From contig DAOSVM010000006.1 in assembly GCA_035379625.1 (NCBI GenBank), positions 11,485 to 75,484 on the forward strand: a stretch of DNA of 64,000 nt, read 5' to 3'. This document shows, in pieces, positions 38,011 to 48,653 of this stretch; position 1 is the stretch's first letter, and each line of letters opens with the position of its first letter. Source of the stretch: Ignavibacteriales bacterium (GTDB taxonomy: Bacteria; Bacteroidota; Ignavibacteria; Ignavibacteriales; DAOSCP01). The notes beneath the pieces are model-generated. The model saw only the letters and a list, made by a program, of their open reading frames with translations. It was not told where the DNA came from and made no database searches. Made by a program: the position numbers and the translations under genes.

Positions 38011-39255
38011 TTATTTTTTATTGTAGATTAATTCGCCTTTTTTGAATACTTTTGATATTAAATTGTTGCCCATGTTATAGATAATTTCATTGTAATTTGT
38101 AGTATCGAAAATTGCAAAATCTGCAAACTTATTTGGTTCTATGCTACCGAATTTGTCTGATATATCTAAAGCTTTAGCTGCGTTGATAGTCCAAGCATTT
38201 AAGATTTGTTCGGGGGTTAAATTCATTTTAATAGCAGCAATGCCCATTAACATTGAAATGTTATTGATGTGGTTTGATCCTGGATTATAGTCTGATGCGA
38301 TTGCAAGTATACCATTATTTTCAATTATTTTTTTTGCTGGTGCAAAATCATAATTGAGGAAGAAAGAGCAGCCTGGTAAAACCACAGCCACTGTATTTGA
38401 AGAAGCTAATTTTTGGATATTCTGCTCTGTGATTACCTCTAAATGGTCTATTGAATGCACGTTGTGTTTAAGACCTATATCAAGGCCACCAATCGAATTA
38501 AATTGCTCTGAGTGCATTTTTAATTTAAATGGTGTATTATGAAGATTTGAAAATATGTAATCAACTTCGTCGGGGGAAAATGCCGTTTGTTCGCAAAAAA
38601 TATCGAAAAAGGTTGCTAATTTATTGTTGATGATAAATGGAGTTAAGTTACTTAAAAGAATTTCTATATATTTTTTGTGGTCATTTTTGTATTCTTTTGG
38701 GTAGGTATGAGCGCCAAGAAAAGTTGGAATAATATCTATAGGAAGAGTTTGATTGAGGTTACGGATAACATTTAAAATTTTAATTTCATTGTCGAATGAT
38801 AAACCGTATCCACTTTTAATTTCAAGAGTAGTGATGCCTTGTGAAATAAAATATTTTACCCTATCAAGAGAAATGTTGTAAAGGTCGGCCGGGGTGATAT
38901 TTTCTATAGCGTTAACAGTGGAAAGAATACCACCACCTTTTTGTGCAATATCTTCATATGATTTGCCTTGTAATTTCATTATAAATTCATCAGCTCTACT
39001 GCCAGCATAAACCATGTGGGTGTGGCAATCAATGAGTCCGGGCATTAGAATTTTGTTTCTTAAATCGTATATGATATCATATTTTGATAAAATTATGCTG
39101 TTGTTGGGAATAATATCTTTGATTAACTCATCTTCAACAACTATACTATGATGATACAAAGGTGAGATTTCATTAATTTCTGAGCCACGTTTAAAGTTTT
39201 TGCCGTTTGTATTCATTGTAAGAATTTGTGAAGGATTATAAAATAGTTTAATCAT
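38011..39255 (-). CDS. hutI: Imidazolonepropionase
   Basis: 414 aa amidohydrolase with ..GLIDCHTHMVYAGSRADEF.. and ..IASDYNPGS.., typical of HutI. No other hut genes are adjacent. Confidence 0.8.
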   Translation of the reverse strand: MIKLFYNPSQILTMNTNGKNFKRGSEINEISPLYHHSIVVEDELIKDIIPNNSIILSKYDIIYDLRNKILMPGLIDCHTHMVYAGSRADEFIMKLQGKSYEDIAQKGGGILSTVNAIENITPADLYNISLDRVKYFISQGITTLEIKSGYGLSFDNEIKILNVIRNLNQTLPIDIIPTFLGAHTYPKEYKNDHKKYIEILLSNLTPFIINNKLATFFDIFCEQTAFSPDEVDYIFSNLHNTPFKLKMHSEQFNSIGGLDIGLKHNVHSIDHLEVITEQNIQKLASSNTVAVVLPGCSFFLNYDFAPAKKIIENNGILAIASDYNPGSNHINNISMLMGIAAIKMNLTPEQILNAWTINAAKALDISDKFGSIEPNKFADFAIFDTTNYNEIIYNMGNNLISKVFKKGELIYNKK

Positions 39256-39326
39256 AATTAATCCATAAGTTATTTTTTGAAAATTAAAGATTAAATATTA
39301 AATTTACAAATAAAAAGGGAGTAAAA

Positions 39327-39671
39327 ATGGCACATACAATTTTTGAGAAGATAATTAAAAAAGAAATTCCAGCTGATATAGTATATGAAACAGAAAATGT
39401 ATTAGCATTTAAAGATATTAATCCAAAGGCGCCAGTTCATATTTTAATCATACCAAAAATAACAGAAATTGAGAAGTTAACGGATATAAAAGGCTCAGAG
39501 CATTCAAAATTATTGGGGGAATTATTTGATGCAGTAAATGAAGTTGCGAAGATTATGGGAGTTTATGAAAGTGGTTTTAGAATAGTTATAAATTGTGGAC
39601 CTGATGGAGGTCAAGAAGTTTATCATTTACATTTGCATCTTTTAGGTGGGGCAAAGTTACCATTTAAGTAA
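39327..39671 (+). CDS. HIT-family (histidine triad) protein
   Basis: 114 aa with ..VYHLHLHLLGG.. Confidence 0.9.
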   Translation: MAHTIFEKIIKKEIPADIVYETENVLAFKDINPKAPVHILIIPKITEIEKLTDIKGSEHSKLLGELFDAVNEVAKIMGVYESGFRIVINCGPDGGQEVYHLHLHLLGGAKLPFK

Positions 39672-39686
39672 TATTTATAGCATAAT

Positions 39687-40613
39687 ATGAGTAAAAATCA
39701 AGTTATATTTGACTATTTAATGCTTACCTTTGGCACAATGTTGATGGCATTAGGGATATCGGTTTTTTTGTTGGATGCGAGGGTTGTGCCTGGTGGAGCA
39801 AGTGGCCTTTCAATGGCATTACATTATTTATCATCCCAAAAAATTCCCGTTGGTGTTTTAAGTTGGTGTATTAACTTACCTTTATTTATTTGGGGATTGA
39901 AAGAATTAGGGAATAGGTTTGCTGTACGCACTTTTTATTGTTTTACAATGAATTCCATTTTTATTGATGTATTTAGAGGGCAATTTCCGTTATTTAAAAC
40001 CTATAATTTAGCTGAGCATCCTGTTATAAGGTCTTTTGCTCAAAGTGATTTTTTCTTTATGGTTTTAGTTGGTGCAGTGTTGTTAGGTATAGGATTGGGA
40101 ATAATTTTTAAATTTAAGGGTACAACCGCAGGTTCTGATATAATAGCATCGATATTATCAAAGAGATATGGGTTAAAACCTGGGCAGGTTTTACTTATAA
40201 TTGATTTTCTTGTTATAGCTTTTGCGGGATATATTATTGATATTAAAGGTTTGGCAATTGGAAGACCGGCATTGGTGTTAACATTTTATGCATTATTATT
40301 GTTATTTGTATATAGTCGTTTGATTGATACAATTATGGATGGATTAGATTATGCTAGAATGGTTTTAATAATTTCTGAGAATAAAATAGATGAAATTCGA
40401 GAGTTGATATTATATAAGATAAAACGTGGTGGAACTTTAATTGATGCAAAAGGGTTATATAATAACAATAAAAAAGATTTAGTAATGGTTGTAGTATCAA
40501 CAAAACAGTTATCGGATTTAACAGATTCAGTAAAAAAAATAGATCCTGCTGCATTTATTGTTGTTGCGGAAGCTTATGAAGTTTTAGGAAAAGGTTTTAG
40601 GAGGAGGGTTTAA
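39687..40613 (+). CDS. YitT-family membrane protein (with C-terminal DUF2179-like domain)
   Basis: 308 aa, about 5 TM helices, then a soluble C-terminal domain ..GGTLIDAKG...VVVS.... Confidence 0.7.
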   Translation: MSKNQVIFDYLMLTFGTMLMALGISVFLLDARVVPGGASGLSMALHYLSSQKIPVGVLSWCINLPLFIWGLKELGNRFAVRTFYCFTMNSIFIDVFRGQFPLFKTYNLAEHPVIRSFAQSDFFFMVLVGAVLLGIGLGIIFKFKGTTAGSDIIASILSKRYGLKPGQVLLIIDFLVIAFAGYIIDIKGLAIGRPALVLTFYALLLLFVYSRLIDTIMDGLDYARMVLIISENKIDEIRELILYKIKRGGTLIDAKGLYNNNKKDLVMVVVSTKQLSDLTDSVKKIDPAAFIVVAEAYEVLGKGFRRRV

Positions 40614-40616
40614 AAA

Positions 40617-41411
40617 ATGGATTTAGGGATTAAGGATAAAATTGCATTGGTAACTGGGGCTTCAAGAGGAATTGGTAAAGGTATAGCGGAAACTCTTTTG
40701 AAAGAAGGCGCAAAGGTTATCATATCTTCAAGTAATGTAGAAAAATTAGGTCGGACATATGAAGAATTTGTAGAACATTACGGTAAGCAAAATATAATTG
40801 CAATAAAATGTGATTTGAATAATGAACTTGAAATAATAGAATTAAACAGTAAAATTATTGAAAAATTTGGTTCATTAGATATTTTAGTTATAAATTATGG
40901 CGGTCCAAAACCGGGATTTTATAACGAATTTGATGAAGTTGATTGGGATAATGCTTATAGTCAATTATTTAAAAGTGTTGTTAAATTAACCAATTTAGTT
41001 TTACCTTATATGATTGAGCATCGATGGGGCAGAATTCTTACCGTAACATCATCAGCAGTAAAACAACCAATAGATAATTTGATATTGTCAAATTCATTTA
41101 GAGCGGCAGTAACGGCCTATGTGAGAACAGTTGCTAATCAAGTAGCAAAATATGGTGTTACTATGAATAACGTTGCTCCAGGTTATATTATGACAGAGAG
41201 AATTGAAAATTTAATTACAAATAGGATGAAAGTTGAAAATAAAACTTATGATGAAATATTAAAATCAATAACAAATGATATTCCAATGGGAAGAATTGGA
41301 AGAGTCGAAGAAATAGCTGAATTTTCTGCTTTCATTTGTTCTGAAAAAGCATCATACATCACTGGCCAAACACTATTGGTGGATGGCGGAAGAATTAAAA
41401 CATTATTATAA
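40617..41411 (+). CDS. SDR-family oxidoreductase
   Basis: 264 aa with ..VTGASRGIGKG.. and a catalytic S...Y/A..K-like region. Confidence 0.85.
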   Translation: MDLGIKDKIALVTGASRGIGKGIAETLLKEGAKVIISSSNVEKLGRTYEEFVEHYGKQNIIAIKCDLNNELEIIELNSKIIEKFGSLDILVINYGGPKPGFYNEFDEVDWDNAYSQLFKSVVKLTNLVLPYMIEHRWGRILTVTSSAVKQPIDNLILSNSFRAAVTAYVRTVANQVAKYGVTMNNVAPGYIMTERIENLITNRMKVENKTYDEILKSITNDIPMGRIGRVEEIAEFSAFICSEKASYITGQTLLVDGGRIKTLL

Positions 41412-41435
41412 AACAAAAACTCTTTGGAGGAAGAA

Positions 41436-41972
41436 ATGAAAATTATAGATTGTGAATTGAGCCCTAATCCTAATGCTCTTAAATTTATCATTGATGAAAT
41501 GTTGCTTGAAAAAGAAACAAGATTTTATAAGACAAAAGAAGCAGCATTAGAAGATCCATTAGCTAAAGGTTTGATGGATATAAATGGGGTAAAAACTGTC
41601 TTTTATATGAATAAATTTATTACAGTTGAAAAAGAACCTAATTACCAATGGAAAGATATTCAAAAGCAAATTATTCAATTTGTTAATAATTTTGATAAAA
41701 AATTAATACCAATAGAAAATCCTGAAAAGAATAAAATTGATGAGGATGAATTATTAAGACAAATTAGGAATGTAATAGAAGAATCTGTTATCCCAGCGCT
41801 TGCAAATGATGGAGGAAGCTTAGAAATAGTTAATTTAGAAGGTTATAATTTACATATTAAATATTTAGGCGCTTGTGGAAATTGTCCTAGTTCTATAAGA
41901 GGAACATTGACAGCAATTCAGAATTTATTACAAAAAGAAGTTAATCCATTAATTACAGTTTTACCAGTTTAA
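41436..41972 (+). CDS. NifU/Nfu-type Fe-S cluster scaffold protein
   Basis: ATG 41436 is preceded by GGAGGA. Nfu N-terminal-like domain plus C-terminal ..GACGNCPSS.. Confidence 0.8.
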   Translation: MKIIDCELSPNPNALKFIIDEMLLEKETRFYKTKEAALEDPLAKGLMDINGVKTVFYMNKFITVEKEPNYQWKDIQKQIIQFVNNFDKKLIPIENPEKNKIDEDELLRQIRNVIEESVIPALANDGGSLEIVNLEGYNLHIKYLGACGNCPSSIRGTLTAIQNLLQKEVNPLITVLPV

Positions 41973-41973
41973 T

Positions 41974-43524
41974 ATGAAAAATATTGATTTAGTTCTTTTA
42001 CCTGAAGAATATGGTAATAGAGATTTATTAAAAACGATAGTATTAAAAAAAGTTGGTGTTTCTGAAAACGATAAAATAATAATACAAGAAGTTAAAAGAT
42101 CGATTGATGCTAGAGGCAAGAGTCCAGTATATAGATTGAATTTGAATGTATTTATTAATGAACCAGTTGAAAGTAACGATTATATAATAAATTATCAGAA
42201 TGTAGAAAAATCTCAAAAAAGTGTAATAATTGTTGGATTTGGTCCTGCCGGAATTTTTGCAGCTTTAAGAGCACTTGAGTTAGGGATAAAGCCGATTGTT
42301 TTTGAAAGGGGCAAGAATGTTAGAGAAAGACGAAAAGATTTACGTAATATAATGCTTTTTAATAAAGTTGATGAAAATTCCAACTATTGTTTTGGTGAAG
42401 GTGGTGCAGGTACGTATAGTGATGGTAAACTTTATACTAGATCCAATAAACGTGGTGATGTTAAGAAAATACTTCAAATTTTTGTAAATCACGGTGCTTC
42501 CGAAGATATAAAAATTAATACAAGGCCGCATATTGGAACAGATAAATTACCAAAAATTATAGAAAATATTAGAAATTTCATTATTGAAAATGGTGGTGAA
42601 ATCCATTTCAATGAGCGGGTAATTGAATTTGAGGTAAAAGATACAAAAATAAAATCTGTTATAACTACACAAGGAGAATATCAAGCTGATGCTGTAATTA
42701 TTGCAACAGGGCATTCTGCTAGAGATATTTATTATCTATTAGAAAAAAGAGGAATTAAGTTATCGCCAAAAGATTTTGCTATTGGAGTTAGAATAGAGCA
42801 TCCACAAATTTTGATAGATAAAATACAGTATCATTGTGATATACGTAGCGATTATCTACCACCTGCGTATTATAGTTATGTGCTTAAGACTACAGATAGG
42901 TCAGTATTTTCATTTTGTATGTGCCCTGGTGGTATTATAATACCTGCATCAACTTCGCAAGAAGAGCTTGTATTGAATGGTATGTCGCCATCAAGAAGAA
43001 ATTATAAATTTGCAAATTCAGGTTTTGTTACTGAAATTAAGGAAAGTGATTGGCAAAAATATTCAAAATATGGAGTTTTTGCCGCATTAGAATACCAAAA
43101 AAATATTGAAAAAATAATGTGGGAGTTTACTAGAACTCAACAAGCACCAGCAATTAGGATAGTTGATTTTTATAATAAAAAAATAAGTACAAAATTAAAT
43201 CCTACATCATACATCCCTGGGATAAAATCCGCACCATTGTATGAGTTATTCCCAATTGAAATAACAAGAGCTTTGACAGAAGCATTGGGGCAGTTAAAAA
43301 GGAAGATGCCTATGTATTTTACAAACGAAGGAACATTGTTGGCACCTGAGAGTAGAACGAGTTCGCCTATCAGGATAGAAAGAGATAGAGAAAGTTATCA
43401 ATCGAGCATTGAAAATTTATTCCCAAGTGGTGAAGGGGCTGGTTTTGCTGGTGGAATTGTATCAGCAGCAATTGATGGAGAAAATTGTATGAATGCTGTA
43501 TCAAAGTATTTGTCATTAAATTGA
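41974..43524 (+). CDS. FAD-dependent oxidoreductase (COG2509-like)
   Basis: 516 aa with ..VIIVGFGPAGIFAA.. and ..GEGGAGTYSDGKL.. Confidence 0.7.
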   Translation: MKNIDLVLLPEEYGNRDLLKTIVLKKVGVSENDKIIIQEVKRSIDARGKSPVYRLNLNVFINEPVESNDYIINYQNVEKSQKSVIIVGFGPAGIFAALRALELGIKPIVFERGKNVRERRKDLRNIMLFNKVDENSNYCFGEGGAGTYSDGKLYTRSNKRGDVKKILQIFVNHGASEDIKINTRPHIGTDKLPKIIENIRNFIIENGGEIHFNERVIEFEVKDTKIKSVITTQGEYQADAVIIATGHSARDIYYLLEKRGIKLSPKDFAIGVRIEHPQILIDKIQYHCDIRSDYLPPAYYSYVLKTTDRSVFSFCMCPGGIIIPASTSQEELVLNGMSPSRRNYKFANSGFVTEIKESDWQKYSKYGVFAALEYQKNIEKIMWEFTRTQQAPAIRIVDFYNKKISTKLNPTSYIPGIKSAPLYELFPIEITRALTEALGQLKRKMPMYFTNEGTLLAPESRTSSPIRIERDRESYQSSIENLFPSGEGAGFAGGIVSAAIDGENCMNAVSKYLSLN

Positions 43525-43658
43525 ATGATCGCTCAAAATATTAGAATTCTTTTAAAAAAAATAATTTGTTTTTTTTCTAAAAATTTATGTATTTAAAAGG
43601 CAAAATTTTTGTTTTTTTGAAAAAATAAAATTTTTATGTATATTTTAAAACTAGTTTT

Positions 43659-44150
43659 ATGAAAATTAATATAAAAAAAATACAAAACGGAACTTATAAT
43701 TATTCTGAAACTCATGAATTTAAAGCTGTTGAAATAAATGATTATAAAGGTTCTTATATAGTTTGGATTGAGTTAACAAAAACAGATGAGCAAATACATA
43801 TCAAAAATAAAGTAGAAACTAAATATTTAGCAGCTTGCGATAGATGTTTAGAAGAATTTGAAAACGAGACTGAGAGTGAGTTTGAGCTTATTTTTATATT
43901 TGGAACTAATAAGCAGAAATTAGAAGATGACAATACAAAATTTATAGATCAGGAAACAGAATATATTGATATTACACAAGATATTAGGGATTATGTGATT
44001 TTAAGCTTTCCCATGCAGCACATTTGTAAAGAAGATTGTAAAGGTCTATGTCCGAGATGTGGGAAAGATAAGAATAAAGAAAAATGTACGTGCGAAGAAG
44101 AAGTATATAATCCATTATGGGATAAATTAAAAGATATAAAATTATCATAA
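43659..44150 (+). CDS. yceD: YceD/DUF177 family protein
   Basis: 163 aa. C-terminal Cys cluster ..[17 protein letters not shown]... Conserved position directly upstream of rpmF. Confidence 0.8.
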   Translation: MKINIKKIQNGTYNYSETHEFKAVEINDYKGSYIVWIELTKTDEQIHIKNKVETKYLAACDRCLEEFENETESEFELIFIFGTNKQKLEDDNTKFIDQETEYIDITQDIRDYVILSFPMQHICKEDCKGLCPRCGKDKNKEKCTCEEEVYNPLWDKLKDIKLS

Positions 44151-44172
44151 ACATAATATAAGGAAAGATAAG

Positions 44173-44352
44173 ATGCCAAATCCAAAAAGAAGATGGTCTA
44201 AGTCAAGAAGGGACAAAAGAAGAACACATTACAAAGCAGTTGCTCCAACGTTGAGTGTTTGTCCTAACTGTGGAGAACCAGTATTAGCACACAGAGCATG
44301 TGTAGCTTGTGGGTATTACGCTGGTAAATTTGTAATGATACCAAAAGTATAA
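44173..44352 (+). CDS. rpmF: 50S ribosomal protein L32
   Basis: 59 aa, below the track cutoff, translated by hand: [59 protein letters not shown]. It lies under the spurious antisense ORF 44264-44857. Confidence 0.92.
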   Translation: MPNPKRRWSKSRRDKRRTHYKAVAPTLSVCPNCGEPVLAHRACVACGYYAGKFVMIPKV

Positions 44353-44366
44353 CATTAAGTCGAGAT

Positions 44367-45386
44367 ATGCCAGAGAATAAATGCATAATAGCTGTTGATG
44401 CAATGGGGGGAGATCTTGCTCCCCGCAATGTTGTTTTAGGGGCGGTTGAAGCATGCAAAGAAAATTCTAATATAGAAGTACTATTAGTTGGTAAAAAAGA
44501 AGAAATACTGCAACAGTTAGGGAAAATAAAAAACCATAATTTCCCCTTAGAAAATATAGTTGATACTCGTGAAGTTATAGAAATGCATGATAAACCAGCT
44601 GATGCAGTAAAAAATAAAAAGGATTCATCTATTGTAGTAGGATTGAATTTAGTAAAAGAAAAAAAATCTAATGCATTTGTAAGTGCTGGCAATACTGGTG
44701 CTGTAATGGCAGCTTCTACTTTGATACTAGGTAGAGTGAAAGGATGTTCACGGCCTACAATTGGTACATATATGCCAAGTGAAAATGGTGTTACTACAGT
44801 TTTTGATGTGGGGGCAAATGTCGATTGTAAGCCTATAAATCTTTTAGAGTTTGCCATTATGGGTTCTATTTACGTGAAAGAAATATATAATATAGATAAA
44901 CCAACTGTTGGGTTGCTAAGTGTAGGTGAAGAAGATACAAAAGGAAATGATGTTTCCAAAACAGCTTTTTCAATGTTAAAGGATGCAAATATCAATTTCT
45001 TTGGTAATGTTGAAGGAAGAGATATTACCAAAGGAACTGTAAATGTGGTTGTTTGTGATGGTTTTGTCGGGAATATAGTGTTGAAATTTGGTGAAGGTAT
45101 ATATGCTCTTCTTAAATCAATGTTTAGTAAGGCTGCTAAATCAAATCCATTATTGATACCGGCTCTCTTGTTAGTCAAATTTTTTGTACGTAAAGAGTAT
45201 AAGAAGTTTGATTATCAAACTTACGGTGGTGTTCCACTTTTGGGAGTCAATGGCGTGTCAATAATTGGGCATGGTTCTAGTAGTGCTAAAGCTATTAAAA
45301 ACATGATTTTAAGAGCATATGAAATGTATCAGAAAGATATAACTGGTAAAATTGAAAAAGGCTTAATGGAATATATTAACAAATAA
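44367..45386 (+). CDS. plsX: Phosphate acyltransferase
   Basis: 339 aa with ..IAVDAMGGD.. and ..VSAGNTGA.. Confidence 0.92.
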   Translation: MPENKCIIAVDAMGGDLAPRNVVLGAVEACKENSNIEVLLVGKKEEILQQLGKIKNHNFPLENIVDTREVIEMHDKPADAVKNKKDSSIVVGLNLVKEKKSNAFVSAGNTGAVMAASTLILGRVKGCSRPTIGTYMPSENGVTTVFDVGANVDCKPINLLEFAIMGSIYVKEIYNIDKPTVGLLSVGEEDTKGNDVSKTAFSMLKDANINFFGNVEGRDITKGTVNVVVCDGFVGNIVLKFGEGIYALLKSMFSKAAKSNPLLIPALLLVKFFVRKEYKKFDYQTYGGVPLLGVNGVSIIGHGSSSAKAIKNMILRAYEMYQKDITGKIEKGLMEYINK

Positions 45387-45397
45387 GGAGTTTTCCT

Positions 45398-46411
45398 TTG
45401 ACTTCACCTAATACTATTAAAGCAGCCATTACTGGGTTAGGGTTTTATGTCCCTGATAAAGTATTGGATAACAAATATTTTGAAAGTATCGTTGATACAT
45501 CTGATGATTGGATAGTTACTAGAACAGGAATTAAAGAAAGACGAATATTAGAAAATGGTGCAGCAAGTGATTTGGGGGCTAAAGCTGCATTAGATCTTTT
45601 TAACAAACATAATGTTTCACCAGAAGATATACAGGCTATTATTTGCACTACAGTTACACCTGATATGTTTTTCCCTAACACAGCATGTCTTATAGCTGAC
45701 AAAAGTGGGGCAAAAAACGCTTTTGCCTTTGATTTAAATGCAGCTTGTTCAGGATTTCTGTATGGACTTCAAGTAGCTTCATCATTTATTGAAAGTGGTA
45801 AATTTACTAAAGTTTTACTCGTTAATGCTGAAAAAATGTCAGCAATTACCAATTATGAAGATAGAAATACCTGTATCTTATTTGGTGATGCTGGAACTGC
45901 AGTATTATTAGAGCCATCTAATGATCCAGAAATTGGAGTAATTGATATAATTTTAAAAGCTGATGGCTCAGGAAAAGATTTTCTTTATATGCCAGGAGGT
46001 GGAAGTTTAAATCCCGCTTCTCATGAAACAGTTGATAAAAAAATGCATTATGTCCATCAAGATGGGCAAAATGTGTTTAAAATTGCAGTAACTGCTATGG
46101 CTGATATTTCTGTAGAAATATTAGAAAAAAATAATCTTAAATCCGAAGATATAGCTTATCTTGTCCCACATCAAGCAAATAAAAGAATTATAGATGCTAC
46201 CGCAAATAGAATGAAATTATCTCATGATAAGGTTATGCTCAATATACATAAATACGGTAATACTATATCTGCTACTATTCCTTCGTGCTTATACGAATAT
46301 TATCATGATGGTAAGCTTAAGAAAGGAGATAAATTGATTTTAGCTGCTTTCGGAGCCGGCTATACATGGGGTTCAGCATATATAGTATGGGGGCTAGAGA
46401 AAAATGGGTAA
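45398..46411 (+). CDS. fabH: 3-oxoacyl-ACP synthase III
   Basis: 337 aa, TTG start 6 nt after AAGGAG. Has ..AACSGF.., ..VPHQANKRI.. and ..GNTISATIP.. Confidence 0.92.
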   Translation: MTSPNTIKAAITGLGFYVPDKVLDNKYFESIVDTSDDWIVTRTGIKERRILENGAASDLGAKAALDLFNKHNVSPEDIQAIICTTVTPDMFFPNTACLIADKSGAKNAFAFDLNAACSGFLYGLQVASSFIESGKFTKVLLVNAEKMSAITNYEDRNTCILFGDAGTAVLLEPSNDPEIGVIDIILKADGSGKDFLYMPGGGSLNPASHETVDKKMHYVHQDGQNVFKIAVTAMADISVEILEKNNLKSEDIAYLVPHQANKRIIDATANRMKLSHDKVMLNIHKYGNTISATIPSCLYEYYHDGKLKKGDKLILAAFGAGYTWGSAYIVWGLEKNG

Positions 46412-47318
46412 AATAGCATTTGTTTTTCCGGGCCAAGGTTCACAATATGTTGGTATGGCCAAAGACCTATACGAAAATTCAGATATAGCTCGAAATCTGA
46501 TTGACCGAGCTAATGAAGTTTTAGGTATTGACTTAAAAAAAATTATGTTTGAAGGTCCTGAAGAAACATTAAAGCAAACTGAATATACTCAACCTGCTAT
46601 TTTTTTACATTCAGTAGTTCTGAACAGACTTATTTCTAAAGTTAAACCAGAAGCTACAGCTGGGCATTCGTTAGGTGAATATTCTGCATTGGTAGCAGCT
46701 GAAGCTATAGATTTTGATGATGCTATTAAATTGGTAAGATATCGTGGCCAAGCGATGCAAAAGGCTGGTGTTGAAAATCCTGGTACTATGGCAGCGGTTG
46801 TTGGACTTACTGTTGAACAATGTGAAAAAGTTGTAGAAGAAGCAAAAAGTGCTGGAATTGTACAATGTGCTAATTTTAATTCACAAATTCAAACAGTTGT
46901 TTCTGGTTCTGTTGATGGTGTAAGAAAAGCGATGGAAATTGCTAAAGCTAATGGTGCTAAAATTGTAAAAGAATTACCAGTTAGTGGTGCTTTCCATTCT
47001 CCATTGATGCAAAGTGCAAAGGACACGTTATTAGAAAAATTATCTTTAGCCACTTTTAATGATGCAAAAATACCTGTTTATGCTAACGTAACTGCTAAAC
47101 CTGTAACAAAAAATAACGAAATAAAAGATTTACTTTATCAACAAGTTACAGCCCCAGTGTTGTGGGTCGATACTATTTTAAATTTATATAAAGATGGGTT
47201 TACAGAATTTTATGAAATTGGGCCTGGTAAGGTATTAACAGGTTTAATTAAAAAAATTGTTCCTGATGCAAATTGTTATAATATTGATAAATATGAAGAA
47301 TTAAAAAAATATATTTAA
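46404..47318 (+). CDS. fabD: Malonyl-CoA:ACP transacylase
   Basis: 304 aa with ..FVFPGQGSQ.. and ..GHSLGEYSAL.. Confidence 0.93.
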   Translation: MGKIAFVFPGQGSQYVGMAKDLYENSDIARNLIDRANEVLGIDLKKIMFEGPEETLKQTEYTQPAIFLHSVVLNRLISKVKPEATAGHSLGEYSALVAAEAIDFDDAIKLVRYRGQAMQKAGVENPGTMAAVVGLTVEQCEKVVEEAKSAGIVQCANFNSQIQTVVSGSVDGVRKAMEIAKANGAKIVKELPVSGAFHSPLMQSAKDTLLEKLSLATFNDAKIPVYANVTAKPVTKNNEIKDLLYQQVTAPVLWVDTILNLYKDGFTEFYEIGPGKVLTGLIKKIVPDANCYNIDKYEELKKYI

Positions 47319-47860
47319 TGTACAAAGAAATATACAGCAACCACTTTAAAGAATTAAAGGTTGAACAGGGTATAAGTAAAATTGACTTTCCTATTAGGTG
47401 CGATTTGTTAATTTGTGGTGGTAAATGTTGTTATTATGGTGTGATGCTTGATAAAAAAGAAATGCAAAATATTATATCTTATTCTGAGCAAATTCTTGAT
47501 GTAATGGACGAAACGCAATGCAAAGATGTTGATAAATGGTTTGATGAATTAGAAAAAGATGCGTCTTTCCCTTCTGGAGAGGCAACAGGTACACAAGTAT
47601 ATCAAAAAAAGTGTGTTTTCCTAAATAAGGCGTCAATATGTTCATTGCAAATTGTAAGTGAAAAAGTTGGAAAAGATATAAAACCTTTTTATTGTAAAAT
47701 TTTTCCTTTTACAATAGAAGAGAATACAATAACTATTGATACATTCCACATCCAAAGGATAGGTGGTTGTGTCAATTCTAAAATTAAATCTGATAAAGTA
47801 ACAAATAGTTGCCAATTAGAAAAGCAAATAATTGAGCAAATAACTAATATAAAAATCTAA
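47318..47860 (+). CDS. Cys-rich hypothetical protein (possible YkgJ/DUF3109-like metal-binding protein)
   Basis: 180 aa with ..CDLLICGGKCCYYG.., ..KKCVFL.., ..CSLQ.. and ..FYCKIFP... ATG overlaps the fabD stop (TAATG). Confidence 0.35.
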   Translation: MYKEIYSNHFKELKVEQGISKIDFPIRCDLLICGGKCCYYGVMLDKKEMQNIISYSEQILDVMDETQCKDVDKWFDELEKDASFPSGEATGTQVYQKKCVFLNKASICSLQIVSEKVGKDIKPFYCKIFPFTIEENTITIDTFHIQRIGGCVNSKIKSDKVTNSCQLEKQIIEQITNIKI

Positions 47861-47870
47861 GAGTAGAAAT

Positions 47871-48614
47871 ATGGACTTAAAAGGTAAAAGAGCAATAGTA
47901 ACTGGTGGAACAAGAGGAATTGGAAGGGCTATTGTTTTAGAGCTTGCAAAACATGGTTGTAATGTATTGTTTACATATAGAAAATCAAGTAATGAATCCA
48001 AAGATTTAGAAAGAGAAGTTAAAAATTACGGTGTAAATGTTTTCTCAATGCAAGCTGATGCAGCTTCATATAAAGATGCTGAAAAAGTTGCTAAAGCAGC
48101 TATTGAAAAACTTGGCGGAATTGATATTTTAGTTAACAATGCTGGAATGACAAAAGATAACTTGTTATTAAGAATGAGTGAAAGTGATTTTGATGATGTT
48201 ATTGATACAAACTTAAAAAGCGTTTATAACTATACAAAGGTTTGTATTCAACCAATGATGAGACAAAGTTTTGGTAGAATTATCAATATTACCTCTGTAG
48301 TAGGATTGTTTGGTAATCCTGGGCAAGCTAATTATTGTGCATCAAAAGCTGGAGTGATTGGGTTTACAAAATCAGTTGCTAAAGAACTTGCCTCAAGAAA
48401 TATAACAGCAAATTGTATTGCACCAGGTTACATTGTAACAGATATGACGGAAGCATTGCCTGATAAAGTAAAAGAAGATATATTAAATAAAGTCCCATTA
48501 AAAAGACCTGGCAAACCATCAGATGTTGCAAAGGCTGTAGTATTCTTGTGCTCTGAATATGCAGATTATATTACAGGCCAAACTATAGCTGTGGATGGTG
48601 GTATGTCAATGTAA
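47871..48614 (+). CDS. fabG: 3-oxoacyl-ACP reductase
   Basis: 247 aa with ..VTGGTRGIG.., ..NNAG.. and ..YCASKAG.. Confidence 0.92.
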   Translation: MDLKGKRAIVTGGTRGIGRAIVLELAKHGCNVLFTYRKSSNESKDLEREVKNYGVNVFSMQADAASYKDAEKVAKAAIEKLGGIDILVNNAGMTKDNLLLRMSESDFDDVIDTNLKSVYNYTKVCIQPMMRQSFGRIINITSVVGLFGNPGQANYCASKAGVIGFTKSVAKELASRNITANCIAPGYIVTDMTEALPDKVKEDILNKVPLKRPGKPSDVAKAVVFLCSEYADYITGQTIAVDGGMSM

Positions 48615-48653
48615 AAAAAAGAATTTTCAAAAACAAATTATAGGAGTGCTACA

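Noticed and set aside
43525-43658. Short direct repeats AAAATTTWTGTATWTTTAAAA upstream of yceD
   Set aside because: There are only two loose copies in a pure-AT promoter region. This is plausibly ordinary promoter/UP-element sequence and is unrelated to the element motif.
44264-44857. 197-aa minus-strand ORF
   Set aside because: It is antisense to plsX and rpmF, both of which have unmistakable protein signatures. Its composition is typical of a shadow ORF.
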